Below, in pieces: positions 9,555-19,039 of a DNA stretch of 64,000 nucleotides. Position numbers and translations under genes: made by a program. Numbering within the stretch: position 1 is the stretch's first letter; the number at the start of each line of letters is the position of its first letter. Location: NCBI GenBank assembly GCA_963740355.1, contig CAVUDW010000002.1, positions 2,112,001-2,176,000 on the forward strand. Reading direction: 5' to 3'. The notes beneath the pieces were generated by a model. It was not told the DNA's origin. It made no database searches and saw only the letters and a program-made list of their open reading frames with translations. This stretch comes from an uncultured Gemmatimonadaceae bacterium (GTDB taxonomy: Bacteria > Gemmatimonadota > Gemmatimonadetes > Gemmatimonadales > Gemmatimonadaceae).

Positions 9555-10102
9555 GCACGCCGCGTCGAGTGGTCCCCATGCTGCAAGTATTCACGGTCGT
9601 GGCCTTCGGGCTGGCGGCGGCGCTGTTGGTGTGGCCGCCCAACACCACGGTCGCTCCAATTGCACCGACGCTTCCGGCGCTGGCGGCCGCTGCGCCCGAG
9701 ATACCGTCTTCGTCGACGGCGCTCACCGACAGCATCGTCGATGGCAACATCTTCTCGCTCACTCGCGAGGCGCCGGTCGCACGCACCTTCGCTGCGGCAC
9801 CGGTCGACCCGACCGATGTCGGGCCGGCTTCCGGCGTCACCAGCGCCGACGGTGGCGTGGGCGATTCACTCGCCTCGTCCGACGCCGATCCGGTGCCGTC
9901 GCTGTATGGCGTCGTGAACGGTCCCCTGGGCCCTGCCGCCCTCCTGCGACTCGATAACGCGCGCCGCGGCTCTCGTCTCTTTCATCTCGGCGAAGGCAGT
10001 GGTGGATACAAGGTCCGCAGCATCGGCAAGGACAATGTCGAGCTGGATGGACCGTCCGGCGCTGTCGTTCTCACACTCACGAGCCACGGTGTCACACCAT
10101 GA
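9551..10102 (+). CDS. Bitopic protein preceding the secretin, GspC-like
   Basis: N-terminal TM, GNIFSLTR, PSLYGVV...AALL...LGE...GYKVRSIGKDNVEL (resembles the HR domain); no PDZ. Confidence 0.55.
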   Translation: MSTPRRVVPMLQVFTVVAFGLAAALLVWPPNTTVAPIAPTLPALAAAAPEIPSSSTALTDSIVDGNIFSLTREAPVARTFAAAPVDPTDVGPASGVTSADGGVGDSLASSDADPVPSLYGVVNGPLGPAALLRLDNARRGSRLFHLGEGSGGYKVRSIGKDNVELDGPSGAVVLTLTSHGVTP

Positions 10103-11886
10103 TGCGTCGTAATACAGCGCTGATCGCGCTTCTCGGCGCGCTCGGCGGCGCACTCTGCGCTCCCGCATCGGGGAAGGCGCAGGCGCCCGTCCGAACGCCG
10201 ACCAACACGCTCCGATTCGCCAATGCCCACCTCGAGGATGTGATCGTGGCGATGGGGCAGATGATCGGCCTCACCATCGTGGCCACCGATGTGCCCGACA
10301 AGCGAGTCACGCTCAATACCGCGAATCCCGTTCGTACGGCAGAATTGGGCGCCATCCTCGAGTCGTTGCTGGAGTCGCACGGCCTGGTGATGGTTCGCAA
10401 CGGGTCCGTCGCGCAGGTCGTGCCGGCGACACAGACGCCTGCCGGCAGCCAGCTGGGTGTTGGCTTCGACATGCCGGAGCCGATTCCTGTCGGCGTGATC
10501 TCGCGCCTCGTGCCACTCCAGCACATTCGCGCCGAGGAAGGTGTCTCTGCGCTGCGACCGATCGCCGGGCCGAATGCACGCATCGAGGCGATCTCGCGGT
10601 CGAACACGATCCTGATCACCGATCGCGGTACGAACATCGTACGCTACCTCGACCTGCTCAAGCGACTCGACCTCGCCACGCAGGGCGAGGATGGCCTTCG
10701 CACATACGTGGTGAAGCTGAAGTACGCGTCGTCGGACGACCTGGCCGGTGTGCTCGGGCAGCTGTACGGTGCCACCGTGGCCGGACCACGACGCTCGCTC
10801 GACGATCAGGCGCTCTCGCGCAGCACGACCGCGTTCCGCGAACGCGAGTCGGAAACCATGCGCCAGCGCCGCGATCTGCAGCCGCAGGCGACCGCGCCGT
10901 CACCGACGTACCGCGACTCCTCGCGTGGCCCGGGTTCTCTCGTCGGCCAGACGATCGTGGTGTCCAGCCCACCAAGCAACTCGCTCGTGATCCGCACCGC
11001 GCCGTCCAACATCGCGCTCCTGCGCGAGACCATCGACTCACTCGACCGTCGTCCAGTGCAGGTGCTGATGGAGGTCACGGTTGCGGAGGTGATCCTCGGT
11101 CGTGGCACCGAATTCGGCATCAATTGGGCCGCCGCCACCGGCGGCATCAACAACAATCGCGGCGCACAGTTCGGCCAGCCGATCGTGCCGGACTCCCTCG
11201 ACCCGATCCAGGACTTCGTGGGACGAGTCACGCGTCTCGGCAAGGTGGACGTCCGTGCAGTGCTCCGGACCCTCGCGTCGTCGTCCACCGTGAAGGTGCT
11301 CAGCACGCCGGAAGTGCTGGCGGTCAACAATCGCGAAGCGCGAATCCTCGTCGGCAGCAAGGTGCCATTCATTGCCTCGACGCGTCTCGGTAACGATGTC
11401 GCCATCGATCGTGCTGTGCAGTATCAGGACGTCGGGACGCAGCTCACGCTGATTCCCACCATCAACGACGACGGCTACGTCAGCGTGCAGCTGCTGCAAG
11501 AAGTGAGCAGCCTCTCCAACCAGACCGTGCAGGCTGCCCTCAACGCGCCGGTCATCACGACCCGCGAGGCTTCTACCCGCGCCATCGTGCGCGATGGACA
11601 GACGGTCGTGATCGGCGGACTGATTGGCACATCGACGGAGCTGATCAACAGCGGCGTCCCGCTGCTGAAGGACATTCCGTTGCTTGGCTACCTGTTCAAG
11701 CGACAGACGACCTCCAAGGCACGCACCGAACTGGCGATCTTCATCACGCCGTACATCGTGCGAACCGATGCTGAAGCGGATGCGCTCTACCAGCGCGCTC
11801 GCGAGCGGACGCGTGATCCGGAGCCCGGCGATGCACGCACGCTGAGCCGTCCGGCCACACCACCACCGGCGCGGAAGAAGCCGTGA
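10099..11886 (+). CDS. gspD: T2SS secretin GspD
   Basis: Signal peptide, N domains, LDRRPVQVLMEVTVAEV, VRDGQTVVIGGLI, GVPLLKDIPLLGYLFK, RTELAIFITPYIV. Confidence 0.93.
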   Translation: MMRRNTALIALLGALGGALCAPASGKAQAPVRTPTNTLRFANAHLEDVIVAMGQMIGLTIVATDVPDKRVTLNTANPVRTAELGAILESLLESHGLVMVRNGSVAQVVPATQTPAGSQLGVGFDMPEPIPVGVISRLVPLQHIRAEEGVSALRPIAGPNARIEAISRSNTILITDRGTNIVRYLDLLKRLDLATQGEDGLRTYVVKLKYASSDDLAGVLGQLYGATVAGPRRSLDDQALSRSTTAFRERESETMRQRRDLQPQATAPSPTYRDSSRGPGSLVGQTIVVSSPPSNSLVIRTAPSNIALLRETIDSLDRRPVQVLMEVTVAEVILGRGTEFGINWAAATGGINNNRGAQFGQPIVPDSLDPIQDFVGRVTRLGKVDVRAVLRTLASSSTVKVLSTPEVLAVNNREARILVGSKVPFIASTRLGNDVAIDRAVQYQDVGTQLTLIPTINDDGYVSVQLLQEVSSLSNQTVQAALNAPVITTREASTRAIVRDGQTVVIGGLIGTSTELINSGVPLLKDIPLLGYLFKRQTTSKARTELAIFITPYIVRTDAEADALYQRARERTRDPEPGDARTLSRPATPPPARKKP

Positions 11887-13394
11887 CGATCGTGCACGAC
11901 GAGGCACCACCACCAGCGAAGGACCTGCGCGATGCCGCAACCGGTGTGCTTGCACGCCGGTTATCGCCACGCTACCTGGAGGAGCACAGCCTGCTCCCGC
12001 TCGGCGTCGACGAGGATGGTGCCCTGGTACTGGCCGTTGGTGACACGCCGGATTCGACGGTGCTGGATGAACTCGGCCGACTCTTCGAGCGGTCGATCCG
12101 TCTTGTGTCGCATCCGATCGGCGAAATTCAGGCGGCATTGCTGACGGCAGAACGCGAGGCGCCATCCGATGACGCCACGTCGCTGTCGACCGTGGAGGGC
12201 GACGATGAACCGCTCGATGACCTGCGCGCGCTGGCGGAACAGGAACCGGTCATCCGGCTCGTCAATGTCACGCTGCTCGACGCCCTGCGCGCTGGCGCCA
12301 GTGATGTCCACTTCGAACCGTTGTCGGGCGAGCTGCGCATCCGCTATCGACTCGATGGTGTGTTGCGTGAGATGACTCGTGTCGGACGTCAGTACCAGGC
12401 CGCCGTGGTGAGCCGGATCAAGATCATGGCGGGCCTCGACATCGCCGAGCGACGCAAGCCGCAGGACGGCCGCATCCGGATTCGGTTGGCTGGTCGGGAA
12501 GTCGACCTCCGTGTGTCCACACTCCCGGGTCTGCATGGCGAAGGGATCGTGCTGCGATTGCTCGATCCCGGCGAGACGACGCCAGAGTTGACGGCGCTCG
12601 GCATGCCTGATGGCGTGCGCGTACAAGTCGAGAGCCTGATTGCACGCACCGGTGGCCTGATGCTCGTCACGGGACCGACCGGTTCCGGGAAGACGACCAC
12701 GTTGTACGCGGCACTCGCACGGCTCAACACACAGGCGGTGAAGATCGTCACCGTCGAGGATCCGATCGAATACCGGATCGATGGCGTGACGCAGGTGCCG
12801 GTGAACGTGCGTGCCGGGATGAGTTTCCCGGCGGCGCTGCGCTCGATCCTGCGCCACGATCCCGACATCATCATGGTGGGCGAATTGCGCGATGCCGAGA
12901 CGGCGACGATCGCGATTCAGGCGGCGCTGACGGGGCACCTCGTGCTCAGCACGCTCCACACCACGGATGCCGTCGGTGCGGTGACCCGATTGGTGGACAT
13001 GGGTGTCGAGCCGTATCTCGTGGCCGCGACCCTGCAGGGTGCGCTCGCGCAGCGTCTGGTGCGCGTGTTGTGTGAGGCGTGCGCCACGCCTCGCGACGTC
13101 ACCACACTGGAGCGGATGCGCTGGGGCAGCATGGCAGCACATCCACGTTCGGCGAATGGATGCGAGCAGTGCGCTGGAACCGGGTATCGCGGGCGTCGCG
13201 GCATCTACGAGCTGTTCGTACCGGATGAAATGATGCGCACCGACATCGTCGCCGGTGTGTCGCCCGACACGATGCGGACGCGTGCGGCGGCCAACGGTAC
13301 CGTGGCGCTGCGCGAGGAAGGCTGGCGACTGGTGCGCGAGGGGATCACCACGCCCGAAGAACTGGCCCGTGCCATCGGTGAGGTGGATGCATGA
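11883..13394 (+). CDS. gspE: T2SS ATPase GspE
   Basis: AERRKPQDGR, Walker A GPTGSGKT, TVEDPIE, LRHDPDIIMVGELRD, LSTLHT, tetracysteine CEAC...CEQC. Confidence 0.95.
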   Translation: MTIVHDEAPPPAKDLRDAATGVLARRLSPRYLEEHSLLPLGVDEDGALVLAVGDTPDSTVLDELGRLFERSIRLVSHPIGEIQAALLTAEREAPSDDATSLSTVEGDDEPLDDLRALAEQEPVIRLVNVTLLDALRAGASDVHFEPLSGELRIRYRLDGVLREMTRVGRQYQAAVVSRIKIMAGLDIAERRKPQDGRIRIRLAGREVDLRVSTLPGLHGEGIVLRLLDPGETTPELTALGMPDGVRVQVESLIARTGGLMLVTGPTGSGKTTTLYAALARLNTQAVKIVTVEDPIEYRIDGVTQVPVNVRAGMSFPAALRSILRHDPDIIMVGELRDAETATIAIQAALTGHLVLSTLHTTDAVGAVTRLVDMGVEPYLVAATLQGALAQRLVRVLCEACATPRDVTTLERMRWGSMAAHPRSANGCEQCAGTGYRGRRGIYELFVPDEMMRTDIVAGVSPDTMRTRAAANGTVALREEGWRLVREGITTPEELARAIGEVDA

Positions 13395-14623
13395 CTGCCA
13401 CCGCAGCGCTGCCGGAGGCAGCAACGTCGTTTCGCTATCGTGCCTCGACCGACACGGGTTCGATGGTCGACGGCGTCTTGCGTGCCGCCACGCGCGACGC
13501 GGCCCTCCGCGAACTGCGTCGCCAGCAGTTGTGGCCAGTCACGGTGGAACCGGTTGCGGCGCGTGCGGCATCGACCTTCCGGCTGCCTGGTGGAGCGTCG
13601 TCGCGTCGGCGCGCTGTGTCGCACTGGACTCGAACCCTTGCGACGCTGCTCGATGCCGGTGCGCCGCTCGACCGTGCGCTCGCCGTCGCGCACGGGCAGT
13701 GCACGCAGCCGGATGTCGCAGAAGGCGCGCAGGCCATCCGCAAGGCGGTGCAGGGTGGCGCGTCGCTGGCCGAAGCGATGCGGCTGCAACCGCTGCTATT
13801 CAATTCGCTCCACACCGGCGTGGTGCGTTCCGGAGAGGCGGCAGGCTCGCTCGACAAGGCGCTCGACACTCTGGCCGGATATCTCGAGGAAGATGAATCG
13901 CTTCGTGCACAGCTGACATCCGCGCTGATCTATCCGGCGCTGATGGCCAGTGTTGCGTCGCTTGGCATTCTCGTGCTGCTGCTGTTCGTCGTGCCCCGTT
14001 TTGCCACGCTGCTGGCAGACCTCGGCGGCACCATGCCGATGTCGACGCGCATCCTCGTGTTCGTGGGCGAGGTGGTGACGAGAGGCTGGTGGGTGCTGGC
14101 GCTGGCGGGCGCCGCGGTCGTCGTTGGTGCGCGCGCCGTTCTCGCGTCGCCCGATGCGACACTGGCCTGGCACACCAAGCGGCTCACCTTGCCCATCACC
14201 GGCTCGATTGAGCGGACGCTTGCCACGGCACGCTTCTGCCGGGCGCTTGGATTGATGCTGCAGGGCGGATTGCCGCTGCTGCCAGCGCTCCGCCTGGCGC
14301 GTACCGGCGTCACCAATCGTGCCATGTCCGCCGAGTTGGATCGTGCAACGCAGAACGTCATGCGAGGCAACGGTCTGGCATCGTCATTGCTGGGAATTCT
14401 GTCGCCGATGGCGGTGCAGTTGCTGGCCGTTGGTGAGGAGAGTGGACGTCTCGATGCCCTGGCGCTGCGGGCTGCCGCGTCGCACGACGAAGAGGTTCGT
14501 CGTCGCCTGCGGACGCTCGCCTCGCTGCTCGAGCCTGCGCTCATCCTCGTTTTTGGTGCGGTGGTCGGTTTCGTCGCACTTGCCATGCTCCAGGCGATCT
14601 ACGCCGTCAACGCGGGAATGTGA
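13391..14623 (+). CDS. gspF: T2SS inner-membrane platform protein GspF
   Basis: LATLLDAGAPL, SGEAAGSL, SALIYP, VGEESGRL, LLEPALIL. Confidence 0.93.
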   Translation: MTATAALPEAATSFRYRASTDTGSMVDGVLRAATRDAALRELRRQQLWPVTVEPVAARAASTFRLPGGASSRRRAVSHWTRTLATLLDAGAPLDRALAVAHGQCTQPDVAEGAQAIRKAVQGGASLAEAMRLQPLLFNSLHTGVVRSGEAAGSLDKALDTLAGYLEEDESLRAQLTSALIYPALMASVASLGILVLLLFVVPRFATLLADLGGTMPMSTRILVFVGEVVTRGWWVLALAGAAVVVGARAVLASPDATLAWHTKRLTLPITGSIERTLATARFCRALGLMLQGGLPLLPALRLARTGVTNRAMSAELDRATQNVMRGNGLASSLLGILSPMAVQLLAVGEESGRLDALALRAAASHDEEVRRRLRTLASLLEPALILVFGAVVGFVALAMLQAIYAVNAGM

Positions 14624-15081
14624 TGCGATCTGTTCGAATGCGGGCGATCCGGTCGGGCTTCACCTTGCTCGAGATGCTGGTGGTGCTGGTCGTGCTCGGC
14701 CTGTTGGCTGGCCTGATCGGACCGCAGCTCTTCGGGCGAGTCGGTGAAGCGAAGGCCACCACGGCCAAGACGCAGATGGAGCTTCTCGGCGTGGCACTCG
14801 ACAGCTACCGGCTCGACAACGGGAATTACCCCGTCACGGCACAGGGGCTGGAAGCGCTCTCCAACCGGCCAAGCCGTCAGCCAGCGCCGATGAACTGGCG
14901 CGGTCCCTATCTGCGGAAGGCAGTTCCCCTCGATCCCTGGGGCCGGCCCTATCTGTACCTGGCGCCCTCACGGGGCGGCGAGGGCTACGAACTCCGGTCG
15001 CTTGGACGCGACGGTGTCGAGGGCGGTGCGGGGGAAGACGCTGACCTTGGCGGGCCGCCAGTGGGGCCAAAGGGGAAATAG
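14623..15081 (+). CDS. gspG: T2SS major pseudopilin GspG
   Basis: RSG|FTLLEMLVV, ALDSYRLDNGNYP, QGLEAL, NWRGPYL, DPWGRPY, SLGRDG. Confidence 0.95.
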   Translation: MRSVRMRAIRSGFTLLEMLVVLVVLGLLAGLIGPQLFGRVGEAKATTAKTQMELLGVALDSYRLDNGNYPVTAQGLEALSNRPSRQPAPMNWRGPYLRKAVPLDPWGRPYLYLAPSRGGEGYELRSLGRDGVEGGAGEDADLGGPPVGPKGK

Positions 15082-15101
15082 CCGGCCCCTTCATGAATCG
15101 G

Positions 15102-15117
15102 TGGTAAGAATCTTGCA
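15102..15117 (+). promoter_or_regulatory. Putative sigma54 (-24/-12) promoter of the DUF1800-DUF1501 operon
   Basis: TGGTAAGAATCTTGCA with exact GG-N10-GC spacing, in an intergenic position. Confidence 0.6.
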
Positions 15118-15237
15118 CCGAGCTCATCCAGTGTGACTTCTGCTGAGTTCGCTCGTACTAGGCTCACGGACAGTCAGCCGATCGCGTCAGCGCGCGCGCT
15201 ACCGAAGCGTGCCGCGCACAAAACGACTGGAGGATGG

Positions 15238-16827
15238 ATGGGAGTGACTCTCGAGCACGACGAAGTGCACGGGGCCAATCAGGTGCGCGCAGGAGCAGGG
15301 ACGTCCGCAGAACCCACGGTGTCGTCACGGCGGAAATTCTTCGTGACGGCGGCGGCCGCAGCCATGGTGCTGGGCACCAAGGAGGCAAAGGCGCAGGTTG
15401 TGCGCCGCGCCAAGCGCAAGCTGCCACAACCAGTGAAGGGAGTGTCGCTGGCGCTGGCCAGCGCCGCTGCGCCACCGGATGCACAACTCGCCGTCTGGCG
15501 CGATCCCGTCGGGCGCCTCGTGCGTCGCGTGACGCTCGGCATCACGAAGGATGAACTCGAGCGCGCGCAGAAGCTCGGCTTCAGCAAGTATCTCGAGGAG
15601 CAGCTGAAGCCGTCCGTGATCGATGATCGCGCGGTGGCTGCGTTCGTGAGCACGAACTACACCACGCTGCGCATGACGCCGGAAGAGCTCTACGGCGCCG
15701 ACCAAGGCAAGGTCATCAACGAGATCCAGGAGGCCACGATCTATCGTGCCGCCTTCTCGAAGCGCCAGCTGTACGAACGCATGGTCGAATTCTGGACCGA
15801 CCATTTCAGCATGGATCGCGACAAGGTGGGGTACCTCAAGACCACCGACGATCGTGACGTCGTGCGCCGGCATGCCCTCGGCAAGTTCCCCGAGATGCTG
15901 AAGGCCAGCGCGCACAGTGCCTCGATGATGACGTACCTCGACCAGCCCTCGAGCCGGCGTGGGAACATCAACGAGAACTACGCTCGCGAAATCATGGAGC
16001 TGCATTCGCTCGGCGTGGACGGCGGATACACCCAGCAGGATGTGAACGAGCTGGCCCGCGTGCTCACCGGGTGGACCGTGAGTGGTCGAGGCATCTTCAC
16101 CTACGATGCGCAGATCCACGACTTCGGCCCGAAGCGCGTGCTCGGTGTCACCATTCCCGCGACGGCGGCCGGGAAGGGACTCTCCGGCAAGGCAGAAGCC
16201 GATGCCGTGATCGACCGGCTGGCGCTGCATCCGAAGACGGCACTTTTCATCGCCGGCAAGCTGACCAGGTTCCTGCTCCAGTACGACCCCACCGACGCAC
16301 TCGTCCAGAGTGTCGCGGCGGAGTACACGAAGACGCGTGGCGACATCCCGTCGATGATCCGTGTGATCCTCACGGAAGCGAACGTCATGAACGCGCCAGC
16401 GAAGTACAAGCGGCCGTTCCACTGGGGCGTGTCGGCAATTCGTGCGCTGGGACCGACGGTGACGAACGTGTCGGTCGTGCGCGGCCTGCTCGACAACATG
16501 GGTCAGTCGTTGTTCAACTGGGAGACGCCAGACGGCTATCCAGACAAGATGGAGTTCTGGTCCGGCCTCGTCCTGGCGCGCTGGAATGCGGCGACGTCGA
16601 TCGTGGCGCAGACAGGCGCTGCCTTCAACTTCGATGTCACACCGTTCGTTGGTACGTCGGCGGAAACCGGGGCCGACCTGATCATCGCCCGACTCTTCGG
16701 CGGTGAAGTCCCGGAATCGTACCGCACACGGCTCGCCAACTACCTGCGCACCTCACCGACCAACACGGCGCGTGTCCGTGAAGCCGTCGGCCTTGCGCTC
16801 TCCTCCTCGCAGTTCCAGTGGTATTGA
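15238..16827 (+). CDS. DUF1800 family protein with Tat-type signal
   Basis: SSRRKFF...AKA signal; QLYERMVEFWTDHF, NENYAREIMELHSLGVDGGYTQQDV, ARVLTGW, ETPDGYPD; GGAGGA at 15229. Confidence 0.88.
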   Translation: MGVTLEHDEVHGANQVRAGAGTSAEPTVSSRRKFFVTAAAAAMVLGTKEAKAQVVRRAKRKLPQPVKGVSLALASAAAPPDAQLAVWRDPVGRLVRRVTLGITKDELERAQKLGFSKYLEEQLKPSVIDDRAVAAFVSTNYTTLRMTPEELYGADQGKVINEIQEATIYRAAFSKRQLYERMVEFWTDHFSMDRDKVGYLKTTDDRDVVRRHALGKFPEMLKASAHSASMMTYLDQPSSRRGNINENYAREIMELHSLGVDGGYTQQDVNELARVLTGWTVSGRGIFTYDAQIHDFGPKRVLGVTIPATAAGKGLSGKAEADAVIDRLALHPKTALFIAGKLTRFLLQYDPTDALVQSVAAEYTKTRGDIPSMIRVILTEANVMNAPAKYKRPFHWGVSAIRALGPTVTNVSVVRGLLDNMGQSLFNWETPDGYPDKMEFWSGLVLARWNAATSIVAQTGAAFNFDVTPFVGTSAETGADLIIARLFGGEVPESYRTRLANYLRTSPTNTARVREAVGLALSSSQFQWY

Positions 16828-16861
16828 CGGGCGACGATGCCCTCGATCTCTGAGGTTTCTG

Positions 16862-18151
16862 ATGGCTGAGCACGTACATGACACAGGCTGCGCGGAATAC
16901 AATTCGCTGACGCGACGGGCGTTCGTTGGTGTGGCGGCCGGTGTGGCTGCCGCGGCCACGATGCCGGCATGGTTGCCGAAGGTGGTGCTGGCGCAAAGCG
17001 CCAGCAGTCGCGACATCATCGTCTCGGTCTTCCTGCGCGGTGGCGCAGACGGCCTCTCGATGGTGTATCCGTTCACCGACACGAACTACTACACCGGACG
17101 GCCGACGATCGCGATTCCGCGTCCGGACAGCACCGCTGCCAATCGCGGCACGGCGTTGAACGGCCAGTTCGCGATCTCGAACGCCATGAGTTCCCTGGTG
17201 CCTGCCTTCACGGCCGGCAACCTGCTGGTCGTGCATGGCACCGGCCTGGTGGACAACACCCGGTCGCACTTCGATGCGCAGCGCTTCATTGAAGTCGGCA
17301 AGGCGCGTGACCCGAACCTCGTCACCGGGTGGCTTGGCCGTCACCTCGCGACCTCCACACCGATGCGCAGCAATGCGCCGCTGCGTGCACTCGGCTTGTC
17401 GCAGGGCATGCCGCGCACCCTCGTTGGTGCGCCGAAGTCGCTGCCCATTCCAAACCCGGGTGGCTTCGGCCTTGGCGGCAGCACCACCACCCGCGCCGAA
17501 CGGTCGGCGTGGTTGCGGGCCGACTACGAAACCGTAGACACCTCCATCGGTGCGCCGGCTCTGGACGCGTTGAACACGGTGTCGCTGTTGAACGCGATCA
17601 ACTTCAACAGCTACGCGCCATCGGGTGGAGCAGTGTATCCGACGTCCAGCTTCGGTCGCGGCATGAAGTCGGCTGCGGCACTGATCAAAGCCGACATCGG
17701 CATCGAGGCGATCCAGCTCGACGTCGGTGGGTGGGACACCCACTCGGCGCAGCAGCCGCAGGCCGGCAGCATGGCGCGCACGATGCAGGATCTGGCGTTG
17801 TCGCTGGCCGCATTCCATGCCGATGCACTGACTGGCGGCGTGACGTACAACGTGACGGTGGTCGTGCTCTCCGAGTTCGGACGCAACGTGCGCGAAAACG
17901 GAAGCCAGGGCACCGACCATGGTCGTGGCTCCTGCATGTTCGTGATGGGCCCCGGTATCGCCGGTGGTCGCGTGCTCACCAACAACTGGGTGCCGCTGGC
18001 GCGCGAAAACCTCGAGTCGCAGCAGGATCTCAAGGTGACGATCGACCATCGCGACATCCTCTCCGAGATCGTCTCGCGACGGCTGGGCAACACCAACCTC
18101 GATGTGATCTTCCCGTCGTATGTGCCGACGGTGCGCGGAGTCACGCTATGA
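16862..18151 (+). CDS. DUF1501 family protein with Tat-type signal
   Basis: LTRRAFV signal; FLRGGADGL, RSHFDAQ, GGWDTH, SEFGRNVRENGSQGTDHG. Confidence 0.9.
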   Translation: MAEHVHDTGCAEYNSLTRRAFVGVAAGVAAAATMPAWLPKVVLAQSASSRDIIVSVFLRGGADGLSMVYPFTDTNYYTGRPTIAIPRPDSTAANRGTALNGQFAISNAMSSLVPAFTAGNLLVVHGTGLVDNTRSHFDAQRFIEVGKARDPNLVTGWLGRHLATSTPMRSNAPLRALGLSQGMPRTLVGAPKSLPIPNPGGFGLGGSTTTRAERSAWLRADYETVDTSIGAPALDALNTVSLLNAINFNSYAPSGGAVYPTSSFGRGMKSAAALIKADIGIEAIQLDVGGWDTHSAQQPQAGSMARTMQDLALSLAAFHADALTGGVTYNVTVVVLSEFGRNVRENGSQGTDHGRGSCMFVMGPGIAGGRVLTNNWVPLARENLESQQDLKVTIDHRDILSEIVSRRLGNTNLDVIFPSYVPTVRGVTL

Positions 18152-18762
18152 TCGCGCGGAAGCAGTTCAGCGCCGCGGCGCTCGGCGTGATGCTGCTGCT
18201 CGCCGGCTGCGGCGGTGATGCGGGCGACGGTGGGCCGACCGGCCTGCCGAAGCCCGCCAATGTGCGGATCATCGCGCCGGCCACCGAGTTGTTCGTCGGG
18301 CAGTCGGTGCAGATGTCAGCCACAGCCGTCGACGCGGGTGGCGCTGACCTCGCCGCCGGCGACCCGTCCTGGACGTCCACGAACTCCGCCGTCGCGCAGA
18401 TCAGCGAGACCGGCCTGCTGATTGCGATGGCGCCAGGGAGTGCAACGCTGCGCGCCACCATCGCCGGCAAGAGTGCCAGCATGGGTGTCACCGTTGAAGA
18501 CTTGCCTGGGTACGATGTGACCGTGAACGTGACCGGCCAGTTCGCGCCGGCAACGGTCTCGGTGCGTCAAGGTGGCACGGTTCGCTTCGTGTTCTCCGGC
18601 ATCAACCAGAATGTCACGTTCAGCACGGCGTTCCCTGGGGCACCGGCGAACATCCCGAATACCACCACCGGCACCGTGAATCGTCAGTTCGGTACGGTGG
18701 GCGACTTCCGGTATGAATCAACCGTCAGCGTCGGTCTGGCTGGGCTGGTGCGCGTCCGATAG
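18148..18762 (+). CDS. Lipoprotein with Ig-like (Big_2) domain and C-terminal cupredoxin-like domain
   Basis: Lipobox LLAGC; SWTSTNSAVAQISETGLLIAMAPGSATLRA; FAPATVSVRQGGTVRFVF...GDFRY. Confidence 0.75.
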   Translation: MIARKQFSAAALGVMLLLAGCGGDAGDGGPTGLPKPANVRIIAPATELFVGQSVQMSATAVDAGGADLAAGDPSWTSTNSAVAQISETGLLIAMAPGSATLRATIAGKSASMGVTVEDLPGYDVTVNVTGQFAPATVSVRQGGTVRFVFSGINQNVTFSTAFPGAPANIPNTTTGTVNRQFGTVGDFRYESTVSVGLAGLVRVR

Positions 18763-18972
18763 CCGTAGCGGGACGGCTGTCACCCATGAGGCAGTCGCAT
18801 TCGTTACGGTCGTACACTCTGTGTTCCTTGCGCGCGCAGGGGACACAGGGTGCGGTGCCGGTTCGGGAGGACCACTCAGTCGGCTGCCGATGTAGTGTCG
18901 ATGTTCACGCAGATTGTTGCGGCGGTATCGCCTCGCGCGATGGATAGCTCATCGTCGCTGAAACTGGATCAC

Positions 18973-19023
18973 AACGAAATCGCGCCGGCACCCCGAACAA
19001 TCGGAATGCCGGCGCGGTTCGTT
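18973..19023. terminator. Long hairpin between convergent genes, probable terminator
   Basis: AACGAAATCGCGCCGGCA pairs imperfectly with TGCCGGCGCGGTTCGTT. Confidence 0.55.
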
Positions 19024-19039
19024 TCTGGCGCGTCCAGTG

